A stretch of DNA of 63,860 nucleotides, filler included, from Octopus bimaculoides (GCF_001194135.2; 7 parts of 6 records of this genome joined end to end with filler, not necessarily neighbours in it); one strand, 5' to 3'. Positions 1 to 11,877 are shown, counted from the first letter of the whole stretch. Numbers and translations are program-made. The notes: generated by a model not told the origin, from the letters alone.

Positions 1-341
1 TAGTCAACTGCTACAAAGGTAAAGGTGACGCTTTAGATACAAATAATTACAAAGGCATCAAGTTGTTAGATCAGGTTATGAAAGTTACGGAGAGGGTCAT
101 AGCCCAACTAATTAGGGAGCGAATCAATTTAGATGAGATGCAGTTTGGGTTCGTGCCAGGTAAAAGCACCACTGATGCCATATTTCTAGTAAGACAGTTG
201 CAGGAGAAATATCTAGCCAAGGATAAACCTCTGTACCTAGCTTTCGTTGACATGGAGAAAGCATTTGACAGGGTCCCCCGATCCCTTATCTGGTGGTCAA
301 TGAGGAAACTTGGGATAGAAGAATGGTTAGTGAGAGCTGTG
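1..341 (+). mobile_element. RTE-clade LINE fragment (reverse transcriptase region)
   Basis: Translates to QFGFVPGKSTTDAIFLVRQLQEKYLAKDKPLYLAFVDMEKAFDRVP. Near-identical to 31381-31720. Breaks off at gagagctgtg. Confidence 0.92.
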
Positions 342-660
342 CTATTACAAAAAGAAAAAAACTGAGAATACAGTTGAGACAATGGAAGTTTCATCTGCAC
401 CACTTAAATTGACTACAAAAATTATTGCTAAAGAGTTGGCACTGATGGAGGAAAGTCTGCAGATTTTTGCTGCTAACCACTAACATAACATAAAAATTAC
501 AAGAGGAGTTTTAAATGTGCTCAGTTTCTATACTGAGCTGTAGAAAGAGATGATGTATCATAAGCAACAAACAACTTTGGATAAGTTCTTCACCCCTCAA
601 GCTGATGTTTGTGATAATGAACTATTAGATAGTAAGTATTGTCCCTCATCTTCCTAGAAA
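342..660 (+). mobile_element. Decayed pogo/Tigger-like transposase C-terminus
   Basis: Frame from 361 reads LTTKIIAKELALMEESLQIFAANH*HNIKITRGVLNVLSFYTEL*KEMMYHKQQTTLDKFF, with two internal stops. The ending resembles Tigger/pogo transposases. Confidence 0.6.
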
Positions 661-791
661 TGCTCATTCCACCAGCACCCCTCACACAGTGGTCAACATC
701 TTATGTAGTAAGAATGTACTCTTACAATATTACAATTCTTATTCATTCCCTAACCTATTCTTCTTGAAATGTTTTTGTGTTTTAGGTATCT

Positions 792-1336
792 ATACTAGCT
801 GGCCCCGTGCCATCAAACATGTCGGCTAATTGTAGTATTTTATATATAAATAAGGTACATAGTAATCACATATACAACCATTCACATACTTCCCTTGTAC
901 ATGCATACATATACTCACACAGAGTTGAAACACTGTTTGAATGTTCACCATCCCACTACTATTGCACACACACAAACATTCACATGACTCCTTTTTATAT
1001 ACACATACATATACTTACACAGAGTTGAAATGCTGTTTGATTTTTTTTCACCATAGAACTTCATTCTACTACCAAGTTTGCCATCACCCCTTTCTTCTTT
1101 ATTCGTCTATCACCCCTTCCTTTCTCATTCATATGCTGTGACACTGAAATACACAAGAGTATTAGTATAGTAGAAGATATGGATGGTAAACCAAATTAAT
1201 ACACTTGTCAATGTTCACATACATTCACATACTTCCCTTGTACAAGCACACACATACACACATATACGTACACAGATTTGAAATGCTGTTTGATTTTTCT
1301 TTTCAATGTTGAACGTTCACCATCCCATTTCCATTG

Positions 1337-1376
<40 letters not shown>

Positions 1377-1560
1377 TTCACATACCTCCCTTTTACATAC
1401 ACACACATACTCACATGGAGTTGAAATGCTGATTGTTTTTTCAACTCTTCTTTTATTATCCATCTATCACCCCATCTTTTCTCATTCATATGTTGTGACT
1501 GAGAAAAACAGAGGATACACAACACATTCTTTGCCACTTCTCTCTTGTTGCTATTACTTT
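792..1560 (+). mobile_element. Helitron-like non-autonomous repeat with internal repeated modules
   Basis: Starts tactagctggcccgtg-like. Module cacacagagttgaaa(c/t)actgtttga recurs about 4 times. Second copy at 15690-15975. Confidence 0.45.
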
Positions 1561-1646
1561 CACTACTCCTTCACTGAATTACTATTTTCTTTCCTCTCCC
1601 TTCACTTGTACTACTCTTTCTTCTACTCCCTCCTGCATGGTTTTGG

Positions 1647-1677
<31 letters not shown>

Positions 1678-1681
<4 letters not shown>

Positions 1682-2275
1682 CAAAGTAGCTAGTTATAAA
1701 ATCTTAAGAAGAGAGAGTAGTAATGTATACTAAACAGTAATTGAGTTAAGCATATTCTCTGCCAGCTGGTTTTCAATGCAATGTTCTGAATCCTTTCTAT
1801 ACAATATATCACTAGCAGGGGGAGCAAATCCCTACTAACCTCCATCAGCTAACAGGTTTGCGGGATTGGCCCAGTTTCGAGCTAGTTGGCTCTTTGTCAG
1901 CCGCACACCCCTGCACAAGGGAGTGATAGCTAAGATCCGCTTCTGCCAGCAATATATTGTAAACAAAGTGACCATTGGTCACTGATTTGCAACAAACAAA
2001 GTAGCTAGTTATAAAATCTCAACAAGAGATAGAGTAGTAACGTATACTAAACAGTAAATGAGTTGCCACATCAAAGTGGCAGTTGAATGTTACTACTAGT
2101 TTAACCCCAGGCATTTTCTCCGCCAGCTGGTTTTTGATGCAACGTTCTGCTAGCAGGGTGTGCCCCTTTACTAACCTCCATCAGCTAACAGGATTGCAGG
2201 ACTGGCCCAGTTTCGAGCTAGTTGACTCTTCGTCAGCCATGCACACTTGTGCAATGGAGTGATAGCCAGTCCTGT
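1678..2275 (+). repeat. Diverged tandem duplication, period about 315 bp
   Basis: aaagtagctagttataaaatct...ctaacctccatcagctaacagg...ggcccagtttcgagctagttg occurs at about 1684 and about 1998. Confidence 0.85.
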
Positions 2276-2459
2276 GAAATAGATAGATTTGTAAAATGGA
2301 TAAACAATAGATAGAGAGAGAAATTTAGATTATTGTGTGCTTGTTGTTTGTGGTATCAGAGATAAAGCTGGATGTATGTATTACAACAAAAGGGGACTTG
2401 TGAACATTTAGCAACAGATTTTATTAAGGGAAGGCTAAGTATGTATACATACATAAATT

Positions 2460-2760
2460 ATCATGTCCTCACTGGCAACAAGACTAGGATATGTGGATTG
2501 GCTTAATTTATTTGCTCATCCATTTGTTATCATCAAAGTGAGAGTCAAAAAGATATGAGACTGCCAAAATTCCTTATGGCTCTTTTCTTGATTTGTTTGG
2601 TGAGAGCTGACATCTGTCCTGCTTGAAATGCCAACATGATTTAGGAACCAAGCTGCTTAATTAGAGAAAATCTCAAGAACATTTATGATGATGTTCATGA
2701 CAGCTTGAAGCTGATAGGTCAATATTTAGGCTGTCCACATGAAAATGAATGAGTTCATTC
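2460..2760 (-). mobile_element. Possible hAT (Buster/Charlie-like) transposase relic
   Basis: Minus-strand pieces LQAVMNIIINVLEIF and FDSHFDDNKWMSK resemble hAT transposase motifs. Heavily decayed. Confidence 0.35.
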
Positions 2761-2904
2761 ATGACAATGAAATAAAAGGAATGGAACAACAAAATAGCAA
2801 AATTACATACAAATGCAAAACATAAATCATAATCACTGTCACTAAAAGAGGGACAGAAAATATTATGTAATCATTTACAATTACTAGAGATTTAGTAGAG
2901 AATT

Positions 2905-3495
2905 ATTAGTAGGGGGTAAGGTAAAATTAGTAATCGCGGCAAAATGAATAACTTCTCATTTCGCATTATTTTTCCCTGCCTGTTTGAAGTCATTACATTA
3001 CAAATATTGCATCATCATTTTGTATTGTTACTTTTCTCCAAAGTCAATTTTTTCACACACTAACATCTAATTTGATAATTTTCAAGTTTCAAAAAATGAT
3101 GTCTAAAATGGGGTAAAATGAATAATAAGTAATTTCAATAATTTCTCTTTAACTGCATTGTGAGTAAATATATCACGAAGAGGACACTCCCCCAGATTGT
3201 GCTGTTATTCTCTGATTCTCTTTCATTTGTCATAGATATTTAAAATATTTTTGGCATTTTTAATCGTTCTGATGTTGAGGGATGGATATTGATGTACATG
3301 AGTCTGTTTTCTTGAGAACTGAAGTGGCAAATTTACATTTACTTGTCTTACGCATTTTACCCTTGCTAAATTTGTCTTTTACATACTCAAAGAGAAGGGC
3401 GATAATCTGAAATAATGATCAAATTATGTTATAATGCTTTTCATGTATTTAGGAAAGGCCGTTTGCTTAGCTGATATAGTTTTTGGAAGATAGTA
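2905..3495 (-). mobile_element. Old Tc1/mariner-like relic, inverted partner of 5800-6660
   Basis: Reverse complement aligns by eye with 5905-6370 and 6560-6660. Confidence 0.55.
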
Positions 3496-3554
3496 AACAC
3501 TTGTAAAAAATATATTTTACCTCAAAATTTTACCTAAATAATAAATATATATAT

Positions 3555-4052
3555 ATGCAGATATGGGTACTGGACGTCACCAGTGGTGCAAATAACATGA
3601 AATATGTAAGCAAATGAGGGAAAAACGAGTGAAATATGTAAACAAAGAAAAAAGTGGAAAAACTGGACAAGTTAACACAGAGAAAGGACCCTTCATCAGT
3701 TGTTGGCTGTCTATCTACTCCTCATTTTGAGCATTCAATGACAATATGAGTCTTCAAAGACAGTTGCTCCAATAGATTCTAAAATAAAATTTAGGATTGA
3801 CCACTCCATAAATCCTAAATTTTATTTTAGAATTTATGAGAGCAACTGTCTTTCAAGACTCATATTGTCATTGAATGCGCAAAATGAGGAGTAGATAGAC
3901 AACCAACAACTGACGAAGGGTCCTTTCTCTGTATTAACTTGTTCTGTTTTTTAATTTTTTCCGTTATTTATGTATTTCATGTTTTTCCCTCATTTGTTTA
4001 TGTATTTCATGTTATTTGCACCATTTGTGACGTCCTGTACCCATATCTGCAT
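3555..4052. repeat. Fold-back palindrome, about 245-bp arms with 12-nt loop
   Basis: Arm 3555-3798 (atgcagatatgggtac...tttaggatt) is the reverse complement of 3811-4052. Loop is gaccactccata. Confidence 0.95.
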
Positions 4053-4070
4053 GTATGTGTATGTATTTAT

Positions 4071-4107
<37 letters not shown>

Positions 4108-4111
4108 CATA

Positions 4112-4207
4112 TACTAGCAGTATAACCTGACGTTGTCCGGGTGTGACTTTTATGCCACCTACAATAAGTCTTGCTAGGTGAAAATCAACTAAAAAAGAAA
4201 GCCTTAC
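4112..4207 (+). mobile_element. Helitron-like element end, continuing into gap
   Basis: tactagcagtataacctgacgttgtccggg resembles the ACTAG...CCCGGCGTTGCCCGG end of non-autonomous Helitron-like families. Confidence 0.45.
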
Positions 4208-4349
4208 ANNNNNNNNNNTGTTCTGTTTTTTAATTTTTTCCGTTATTTATGTATTTCATGTTTTTCCCTCATTTGTTTATGTATTTCATGTTATTTGCAC
4301 CATTTGTGACGTCCTGTACCCATATCTGCATGTATGTGTATGTATTTAT

Positions 4350-4386
<37 letters not shown>

Positions 4387-5354
4387 CATATACTAGCAGT
4401 ATAACCTGACGTTGTCCGGGTGTGACTTTTANNNNNNNNNNNNNNNNNNNNNNNNNNNNNNNNNNNNNNNNNNNNNNNNNNNNNNNNNNNNNNNNNNNNN
4501 NNNNNNNNNNNNNNNNNNNNNNNNNNNNNNNNNNNNNNNNNNNNNNNNNNNNNNNNNNNNNNNNNNNNNNNNNNNNNNNNNNNNNNNNNNNNNNNNNNNN
4601 NNNNNNNNNNNNNNNNNNNNNNNNNNNNNNNNNNNNNNNNNNNNNNNNNNNNNNNNNNNNNNNNNNNNNNNNNNNNNNNNNNNNNNNNNNNNNNNNNNNN
4701 NNNNNNNNNNNNNNNNNNNNNNNNNNNNNNNNNNNNNNNNNNNNNNNNNNNNNNNNNNNNNNNNNNNNNNNNNNNNNNNNNNNNNNNNNNNNNNNNNNNN
4801 NNNNNNNNNNNNNNNNNNNNNNNNNNNNNNNNNNNNNNNNNNNNNNNNNNNNNNNNNNNNNNNNNNNNNNNNNNNNNNNNNNNNNNNNNNNNNNNNNNNN
4901 NNNNNNNNNNNNNNNNNNNNNNNNNNNNNNNNNNNNNNNNNNNNNNNNNNNNNNNNNNNNNNNNNNNNNNNNNNNNNNNNNNNNNNNNNNNNNNNNNNNN
5001 NNNNNNNNNNNNNNNNNNNNNNNNNNNNNNNNNNNNNNNNNNNNNNNNNNNNNNNNNNNNNNNNNNNNNNNNNNNNNNNNNNNNNNNNNNNNNNNNNNNN
5101 NNNNNNNNNNNNNNNNNNNNNNNNNNNNNNNNNNNNNNNNNNNNNNNNNNNNNNNNNNNNNNNNNNNNNNNNNNNNNNNNNNNNNNNNNNNNNNNNNNNN
5201 NNNNNGCAGTTGTTTCCTTCAAAATTCCTACATGCTCGAAATGTACATACATCAAGGTATATTTGTAGAAAATTTCACGAAAAAATATTCATTTTCCTGG
5301 AAGTTAAGAGGAATATAAGTGGAATTTCCGAAAATTGCCCCCACCCGCTCCCAA

Positions 5355-5770
5355 AAGACTTTCACCGAAATAATATATGCATAGAAAATTTCATAAAAAA
5401 ATATTCATTTTTCTGAAAGTTATGACCTTCCAAAATCGGGATGTACAACCCTGTAGTTATGCCACATTGAAAAATAGGTAAAGAATACTGAGAGGAAAGT
5501 TTAATCTATGACTTTGTATGTATCATTTTCTCTCTCTCCCTCTTTTACTCTTACTCTCTATATTATATGTTGAGCGCGTGTGTAAGAACGCCGTTCTAGG
5601 TAGAAGGGAAGAAATATAAAAGTTGCTAGAAACAACAGCCAAATCTCCTTTAGATTACACAAAGTAAACGGAATTTAAAAAATCTAATTACTGCACTTGA
5701 AAGTTCACATCGAGAAAATTCCATTGATGTAAAAATTTTTATGAAAAAGTGGAAAATATGGATTTCTATA
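5355..5770 (+). repeat. Interspersed repeat, inverted partner of 11878-12450
   Basis: High-identity reverse-complement match, e.g. aatactgagaggaaagtttaatctatgactttgtatgtatc. Confidence 0.85.
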
Positions 5771-5799
5771 CATGCAACACAAAAGCTATACACAAAAAA

Positions 5800-6660
5800 T
5801 AACCAGGAACAAAAGTGTGATGAAGTATTATTTATTTTGCTTCATTCAGCTACACACCATGTGGGTGAATACCATTGGCCATCATTAGTCTCAGACTGGT
5901 CTCCAACCTCACTATCATGTTCTAAAAAACTATATCAGCTAAGCAAATGGCCTTCCCTAAATGCATTAAAAGCATTATAACATAATCTGATCACTATTTC
6001 AGAAATTATTGCTGTTCTCTTTGAGCATGTAAAAGACAAATTTGGCTGGACAAAATGAGTAAAACAAAGATAATATAAATTTACTGCTTGAGTTCTCCAG
6101 AAAACAGACTCCTGTACATCAATATCTATCCCTGAACATCACAAAGATCAAAAATGCCAAAAATATTTTAAATATCTAGGTCAAGTGAAAGAGGATCAGG
6201 GAAAAACAGCAGTCTGGTGGAGTGTCCTCTTTGTGATATATTCACTTACCATGCAGTTAAAAAGAAATTATTGAAATTAGTCATTACTCATTTTACCCCA
6301 TTATAGATATCATTTTTTGAAACTTGAAATTATCAAATTAGATGTTAGTGTAGAAAAAAATAGACTTGGAATCCAACAGAGAAAAGACCAAAACATCAAA
6401 AATTATCCAGATATCTTATCAGCATCCTCAATTACAATCAGGTCAAAGTTGAGGAAAAATTTCTTGAAAACAAAAGGACCTGCCACCTGACTGTTTCAGA
6501 CTCTCTCAACTTCTACTACTACTACTATGCTGACCAATTCTTTTACTCCTAAAAATGATGCAATACTTGCAATGCAATGATTTCAAACAGGTAGGGATAA
6601 AATAACGAGAAATGAGAAGCTACTTATTTTCCCCAGTTACTAATTTTGTTCCACCCCTAC
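5800..6660 (+). mobile_element. Old Tc1/mariner-like relic
   Basis: HWPSLVSDWSP...WPSLNALKAL loosely resembles the WPxxSPDLNP...LKxAI C-terminus. Ends in the TIR-like taattttgttccacccctac. Confidence 0.4.
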
Positions 6661-6825
6661 ACTTGTTCCAGAAAAATTTTAGATACATGTTCCCTAAAAA
6701 TGATCTATCACAGTAATAATTTTATTGTTATTTAGCCTCAATGTTGCTATAAAAACATCTCTGGTTATTAATGAAGGGTTTTGTTTGGGAAGTGGACCTG
6801 GAAGTTGTTGTTTGCAAACAGCAGC

Positions 6826-7040
6826 AGTAATTTTCTTCAGCTGAATACAAGTCATTGATTGGTTAAAATTGCCCAAATATGATAACTTTAACATGAAATA
6901 ACTTCTAAAATACAAAATTTTGTCAAAAACGTTAAGAATAAACTGTTTTTGTGACACATTCTACCAGTATCCGAAGTTTCAAAGTATTTAGTTAAAAAAA
7001 AATAATTAAAAACTCTGGCCATCAAATTGAAAAGATCCAT
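6826..7040 (+). mobile_element. Solo TIR segment of the 7954-8808 family
   Basis: cagcagtaa...cagctgaata...ttaacatgaaataactt...catcaaattgaaaagatcc. Confidence 0.75.
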
Positions 7041-7953
7041 TTGATTAACCCCAGATTATCCACTGGTCAGACTGACCCTAAATGCAAATCCTAATCCCTA
7101 ATTCTAACACTAAATACCAATTCTAACTATAAACTCCAACTTTAAACCTCAACCAGAAACCCTAGACTTTAATGAAAGGAAAATTCTTTTATTACATATA
7201 TAACATGCATGTATATGATATATGAATAATACAAAGCCGCATTAAACATTAACCAATTAGTCCATATTGGCAAGGAAAGGATGTTGCCTACTAAAGGAGT
7301 GCAAGCGTGCCTGGAGTAAAGAAAACAGGGAAGAGATAGAGACGAGCGCCTGCACAGACCCAGACCCCCAAATTGTTTGGGCAAAGCAGCCTGCTCGCAG
7401 GTTGCTAAGAAAGAGTTTGACATTGGCCAAGCATTCGAATTTCCTGAAGATTAAGTCATCAAAGCATTGGAGGGATGATGGGAATCTATAAGAAAATACA
7501 AGAGCTCTAAGAAAATACAATAGCTTAGGAATTGACAACTTGTCAATTCCTAAGTATAAAAATCCTTGGTGGGGCTCAATTACACCTAGGTTTTTTAAAC
7601 CCCAACTCTAAACCCTAACCCCTAATTCCAACTCTAAACCCTAACCCTTCTGTATCTTGAACTTTCATTTTCGAATTTCCGCTATTGTTAGATGAAATTA
7701 ACTCAGTATTATAACGAAGTTTCTTTCTTTTGTAATTTTTCGCTAAAAAAAAATTAATTGAGGATGTCACCTTTTTTATATTGCCTGTTCCAACATTTAA
7801 CATGACTTTATTCATTTAAGATGATTAAAACTTCGAAACTTCTTATAACTTTAGTTGTAATGTATTGCTTTCATTTTGTTTAATAAAAGTTATCAAGCAG
7901 AAATTATCAGCTTCCAAATCCTATTTTCTGATTGGGAAAAAAGAATCAAACTT

Positions 7954-8808
7954 GGATCTTTGTGATTTGACGGCCAACACTTGTATTCTTAACAAAACAC
8001 TTTCAAACTTGGGACACTGGTAGAATGTGTCATACAAAACAACTTTTTCTCTTAGCCTTCTTAACAAAAAATTGTACATCGCAAGTTATTTCATGTTAAA
8101 GTTGTATTTCTGTAATTTTAACCAATCACTGACGTCTATTCAGCTGAATACAGTCAGCACTCTTTCGTAAGCTATCATTTTTGGCCGGTCATAAAAATGT
8201 AATCCCCTGTGACATATTTCATCCGGTTTAATCGTAATTTATACGCATATATTGTTTATATAATAAATTACGCTGTGCGTATCTGTGTGTGTATATTTTT
8301 GCCATAACCTCACTCCTAACCCCAACCCTAACCCTAACTCTAAAACCCGAACCCTAACCCTAAACTAGAGTTTGATTTGAAGAAGATTTGGCTGCTATTT
8401 CTAGGAAATGAAGTACTTGGTGGAGGTGCATTAATAATTGTGGCAGCTCCAATAACAAGTGCAGGCAATATTCAAGTATTTTGATGGCTTTTTCCCCTTT
8501 GTTTACGAACAGTCTAGTTAATCGAAAATGTCAGAACTAATGGGGATTAATACCATATACACCGTCACAGCAGTAACTGTATTCAACTGAATAGACGTCA
8601 GTGATTAGTTGAAATTATCGAAATAAGACAATTTTTAACGTNNNNNNNNNNNNNNNNNNNNNNNNNNNNTTTAACGTGAAATAACTTCGAATACAAAATT
8701 TTTTTATCTGTTCTATACCACAAAATATACAAGTATACGAAGTTTGAAAGTGTTTCGGTACCAAAAACATTACATAAAAAAATGTTGCCCGTCAAATCAT
8801 AAAGGTCC
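7954..8808. mobile_element. Complete non-autonomous DNA transposon: about 210-bp TIRs, 8-bp TSD, internal telomere-like repeats
   Basis: TIRs 7954-8165 and about 8570-8808. Flanking direct repeat TCAAACTT at 7946-7953 and 8809-8816. (CCCTAA)-type run at about 8315-8365. Confidence 0.85.
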
Positions 8809-8827
8809 TCAAACTTAAAAATAGCTC

Positions 8828-9210
8828 TCTTACTCGTTTGTTTCAGTCATTTGACTGCGGCCATGCTGGAGCACCGCCTTTAGTCGAGGAAATCGACCCC
8901 AGGACTTATTCTTTGTAAGCCTAGTACTTATTTATTTGTTTCTTTTGTCGAACCGCTAAGTTACGGGGACGTAAACACACCCGCATCGGTTGTCAAGCGA
9001 TGTTGCGGGTGACAAGCACAGACACACAAACACACACACATACATATATACGACGGGCTTCTTTCAGTTTCCCTCTACCAAATCCACTCACAAGGCTTTG
9101 GTCTGCCCGAGACTATAGTAGAAGACACTTGCCCAAGGTGCCACGCAGTGGGACTGAACCCGGAACCATGTGGTTGGTAAGCAGGCTACTTACAACACAG
9201 CCACTCCTGC
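8828..9210 (-). mobile_element. Dominant tRNA-derived SINE (family A), near full length
   Basis: On the minus strand: tRNA-like head (gtggctgtgt...gttccgggttcagtcccactgcg), ccttgggcaagtgtcttctactatag core, microsatellite middle, and tail ggtgctccagcatggccgcagtcaaatgactgaaac. Confidence 0.9.
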
Positions 9211-9573
9211 GTCTGTACACTCCTATCTGTAGCATTTTTCTAAAAAAATTTTCTGGAACGAGTAAATAACATGAGATTCAGCATCAAAAAATTACATCAA
9301 TATACTAAATTTTAAAATTTTCACTAAATTTTAAAATTTCAAAACGTGAAAGCCGAATAAAAGATCTCAAATGGGTAAATTTTATGGAAAGTATTAGAAA
9401 AATACCTTGATTAATTTACAAGTCTAAACTAAAAGAAGTAATCATACAAAAATTCCTACTCGCATAAATTTACGCTTTCGACCGGTAACTGCCGATTATT
9501 TCACGTGCCGTTGCAGTATTCTAAATTACAGAAAACGCTAGTTCTTTAACGGTTTAAATTTTCCATTGTAATC

Positions 9574-9780
9574 ATGTCGCTGGACGATGAATTATCTGAT
9601 ATTACTGACAACCGTGTTGTGGCCATGGCAAAATATGTCTTAATGACGTTGAATACAAAATCGGACAAATGGATTAAAATGTACAGCATTGAAGCCAATG
9701 CAAATTTAATACACCAATTTTTGAATAAGTGTGAAATTCGTATGCTGATCTTTACACTTTCATCAACCGGAGTTTTCCAG
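9574..9780 (+). CDS. First coding exon of an outer-arm beta-type axonemal dynein heavy chain (DNAH9/DNAH17/DNAH11-like)
   Basis: MSLDDELSDITDNRVVAMAKYVLMTLNTKSDKWIKMYSIEANANLIHQFLNKCEIRMLIFTLSSTGVFQ aligns with the recalled beta-DHC N-terminus (D-R...KPDKW.K...E.N......FLEK.D...LVFT....G). Phase-0 donor CAG|GTAATT at 9780/9781. Confidence 0.82.
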
Positions 9781-10437
9781 GTAATTAAACCATTTCTCTT
9801 TTATTACAATTCCTAATTTAGTTGAACAATTTTTTTATGCGCAGTCTCTTATTTCCTCTTGGTTTCAAGACTGGTTAGAAGAAAGGTTTTCTTCAAACTA
9901 AAGCCCGGACGCTGTTTGTAGAGTGAACAACACTTAAGGCATTCAAGGACCAAGTGTTGGTGTTAATCAATTCTGAATCGAAATGTAGAAAGTGAAAATT
10001 TTTTTCCCATTGAATACTTCCACCTTATAGGAAAACCTACGTTCCTTAGTACATCAGGTCAATAAAGTTAAAATTTATTAATCATTTTATGTGTTGATAT
10101 CACAGAAATTATATAAGAACGTAATGTCAATATACTGCATGAGTTGACGACAATGTAGAAAGAAATAATACAACAAGATACTTCAAACTCTAGAATTAGG
10201 ACATGGAGAAATTAGGGCTATCGATGCCACAATAATTACCAGTATTTTCGCGATGCGTTACTTTAATATAAAAAGCTGATGATGAACTGCCGTTGAATGA
10301 TTTCCAAACATATAAAGATTGTTGTTAAACGCTGCCCAAATTCTCACTAACATCCTCCCATCTAAGGAACCCAGCAACACAACATGCCGCAATAAAGTTA
10401 TCTACAGCATTCATTCTAGCACATACCCTTTTTTTTT

Positions 10438-10598
10438 GGCATTATTTAAATACAGAGGTCCCGATGCATCTAAATAACGATGTTTTTACAGTGCACACTC
10501 GTTAGGGTTAGGGTGGCGAAAGTAAAGAATACGCACATCCGGTGTTTTAGGGTTAGGGTTACGTAGATGCGTCGGGACCTCTGTATGTAAGTAGTGCC
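10438..10598. mobile_element. 161-bp MITE with 35-bp TIRs and internal TTAGGG units
   Basis: ggcattatttaaatacagaggtcccgatgcatcta vs tagatgcgtcgggacctctgtatgtaagtagtgcc. Internal gttagggttaggg twice. T-runs on both flanks. Confidence 0.85.
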
Positions 10599-11877
10599 TT
10601 TTTGATGACGGTATTATTTAATAACTAATGGGACCCGTGGGGATTTCAGAGAACGGAAAAGATTAGGAGAGACCGGCTGAGTTATGATGTAACTCCTCAC
10701 AACTTTTTTATATTTACGAATTTGGCGCTCCTTTAGAAATGCATCTCCAAGAAAATGGAATGCAATTAAAAAATAAGTTAGGTAAATTTTTCGAGTAACA
10801 CCCGCACGATTTTCATTAAGAAAAAAAAAATCCCCGGATTTTTTTGCGTGGAATCAAGTACCCTGACCTCCTANNNNNNNNNNNNNNNNNNNNNNNNNNN
10901 NNNNNNNNNNNNNNNNNNNNNNNNNNNNNNNNNNNNNNNNNNNNNNNNNNNNNNNNNNNNNNNNNNNNNNNNNNNNNNNNNNNNNNNNNNNNNNNNNNNN
11001 NNNNNNNNNNNNNNNNNNNNNNNNNNNNNNNNNNNNNNNNNNNNNNNNNNNNNNNNNNNNNNNNNNNNNNNNNNNNNNNNNNNNNNNNNNNNNNNNNNNN
11101 NNNNNNNNNNNNNNNNNNNNNNNNNNNNNNNNNNNNNNNNNNNNNNNNNNNNNNNNNNNNNNNNNNNNNNNNNNNNNNNNNNNNNNNNNNNNNNNNNNNN
11201 NNNNNNNNNNNNNNNNNNNNNNNNNNNNNNNNNNNNNNNNNNNNNNNNNNNNNNNNNNNNNNNNNNNNNNNNNNNNNNNNNNNNNNNNNNNNNNNNNNNN
11301 NNNNNNNNNNNNNNNNNNNNNNNNNNNNNNNNNNNNNNNNNNNNNNNNNNNNNNNNNNNNNNNNNNNNNNNNNNNNNNNNNNNNNNNNNNNNNNNNNNNN
11401 NNNNNNNNNNNNNNNNNNNNNNNNNNNNNNNNNNNNNNNNNNNNNNNNNATATATATATATATATATAATAGCGTGTATGTGTATGTATGTAGAAGGTAA
11501 AGGTTTACCGATAAAATGCTACTTACCTCTTTGTTGTCAAATAAATGGATTAATTCTCAGCAAAACATACTTTTATGAGCTTTGTACCAGCGTTTTAGAA
11601 ACAAAAAGTCGAGCTTTGCCCTAGCGTTTTAGAGGGAAAAAAACCCCAAACTCTTGCGCCCAAACTAATAATTGTGTGTGTGTGAGAGCGATGACAGATG
11701 AACGATGTCACATTCTCTGCTATCTATCTATCTATCTATCTATCTATATAAATATATTTAATAACGAACCATGTAATTCACACTATGGAACATTTATTTC
11801 TGTATAATGATTTTTTTTTCTTAAACACTCAAGATATCTATAACTATAGTATAGCTGAGTTTGTGAGTGTGTGTTGT

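Noticed and set aside
3690-3930. CTGA(T/C)GA motifs in the palindrome arms (and at 63285) as hammerheads
   Set aside because: No stem II followed by GAAA, and no stem I can be formed in either permutation.
4219-4431. Exact duplicate of 3932-4171 across a 10-N gap
   Set aside because: Identical sequence on both sides of a tiny gap is typical of an unmerged contig overlap. The same applies to 21425-21500 and 47242-47300.
4269-5416. Long ORFs of 150-340 aa spanning N runs or microsatellites
   Set aside because: Artefacts of translating gaps and (TA)n/(CA)n/(TACA)n/(AAT)n repeats.
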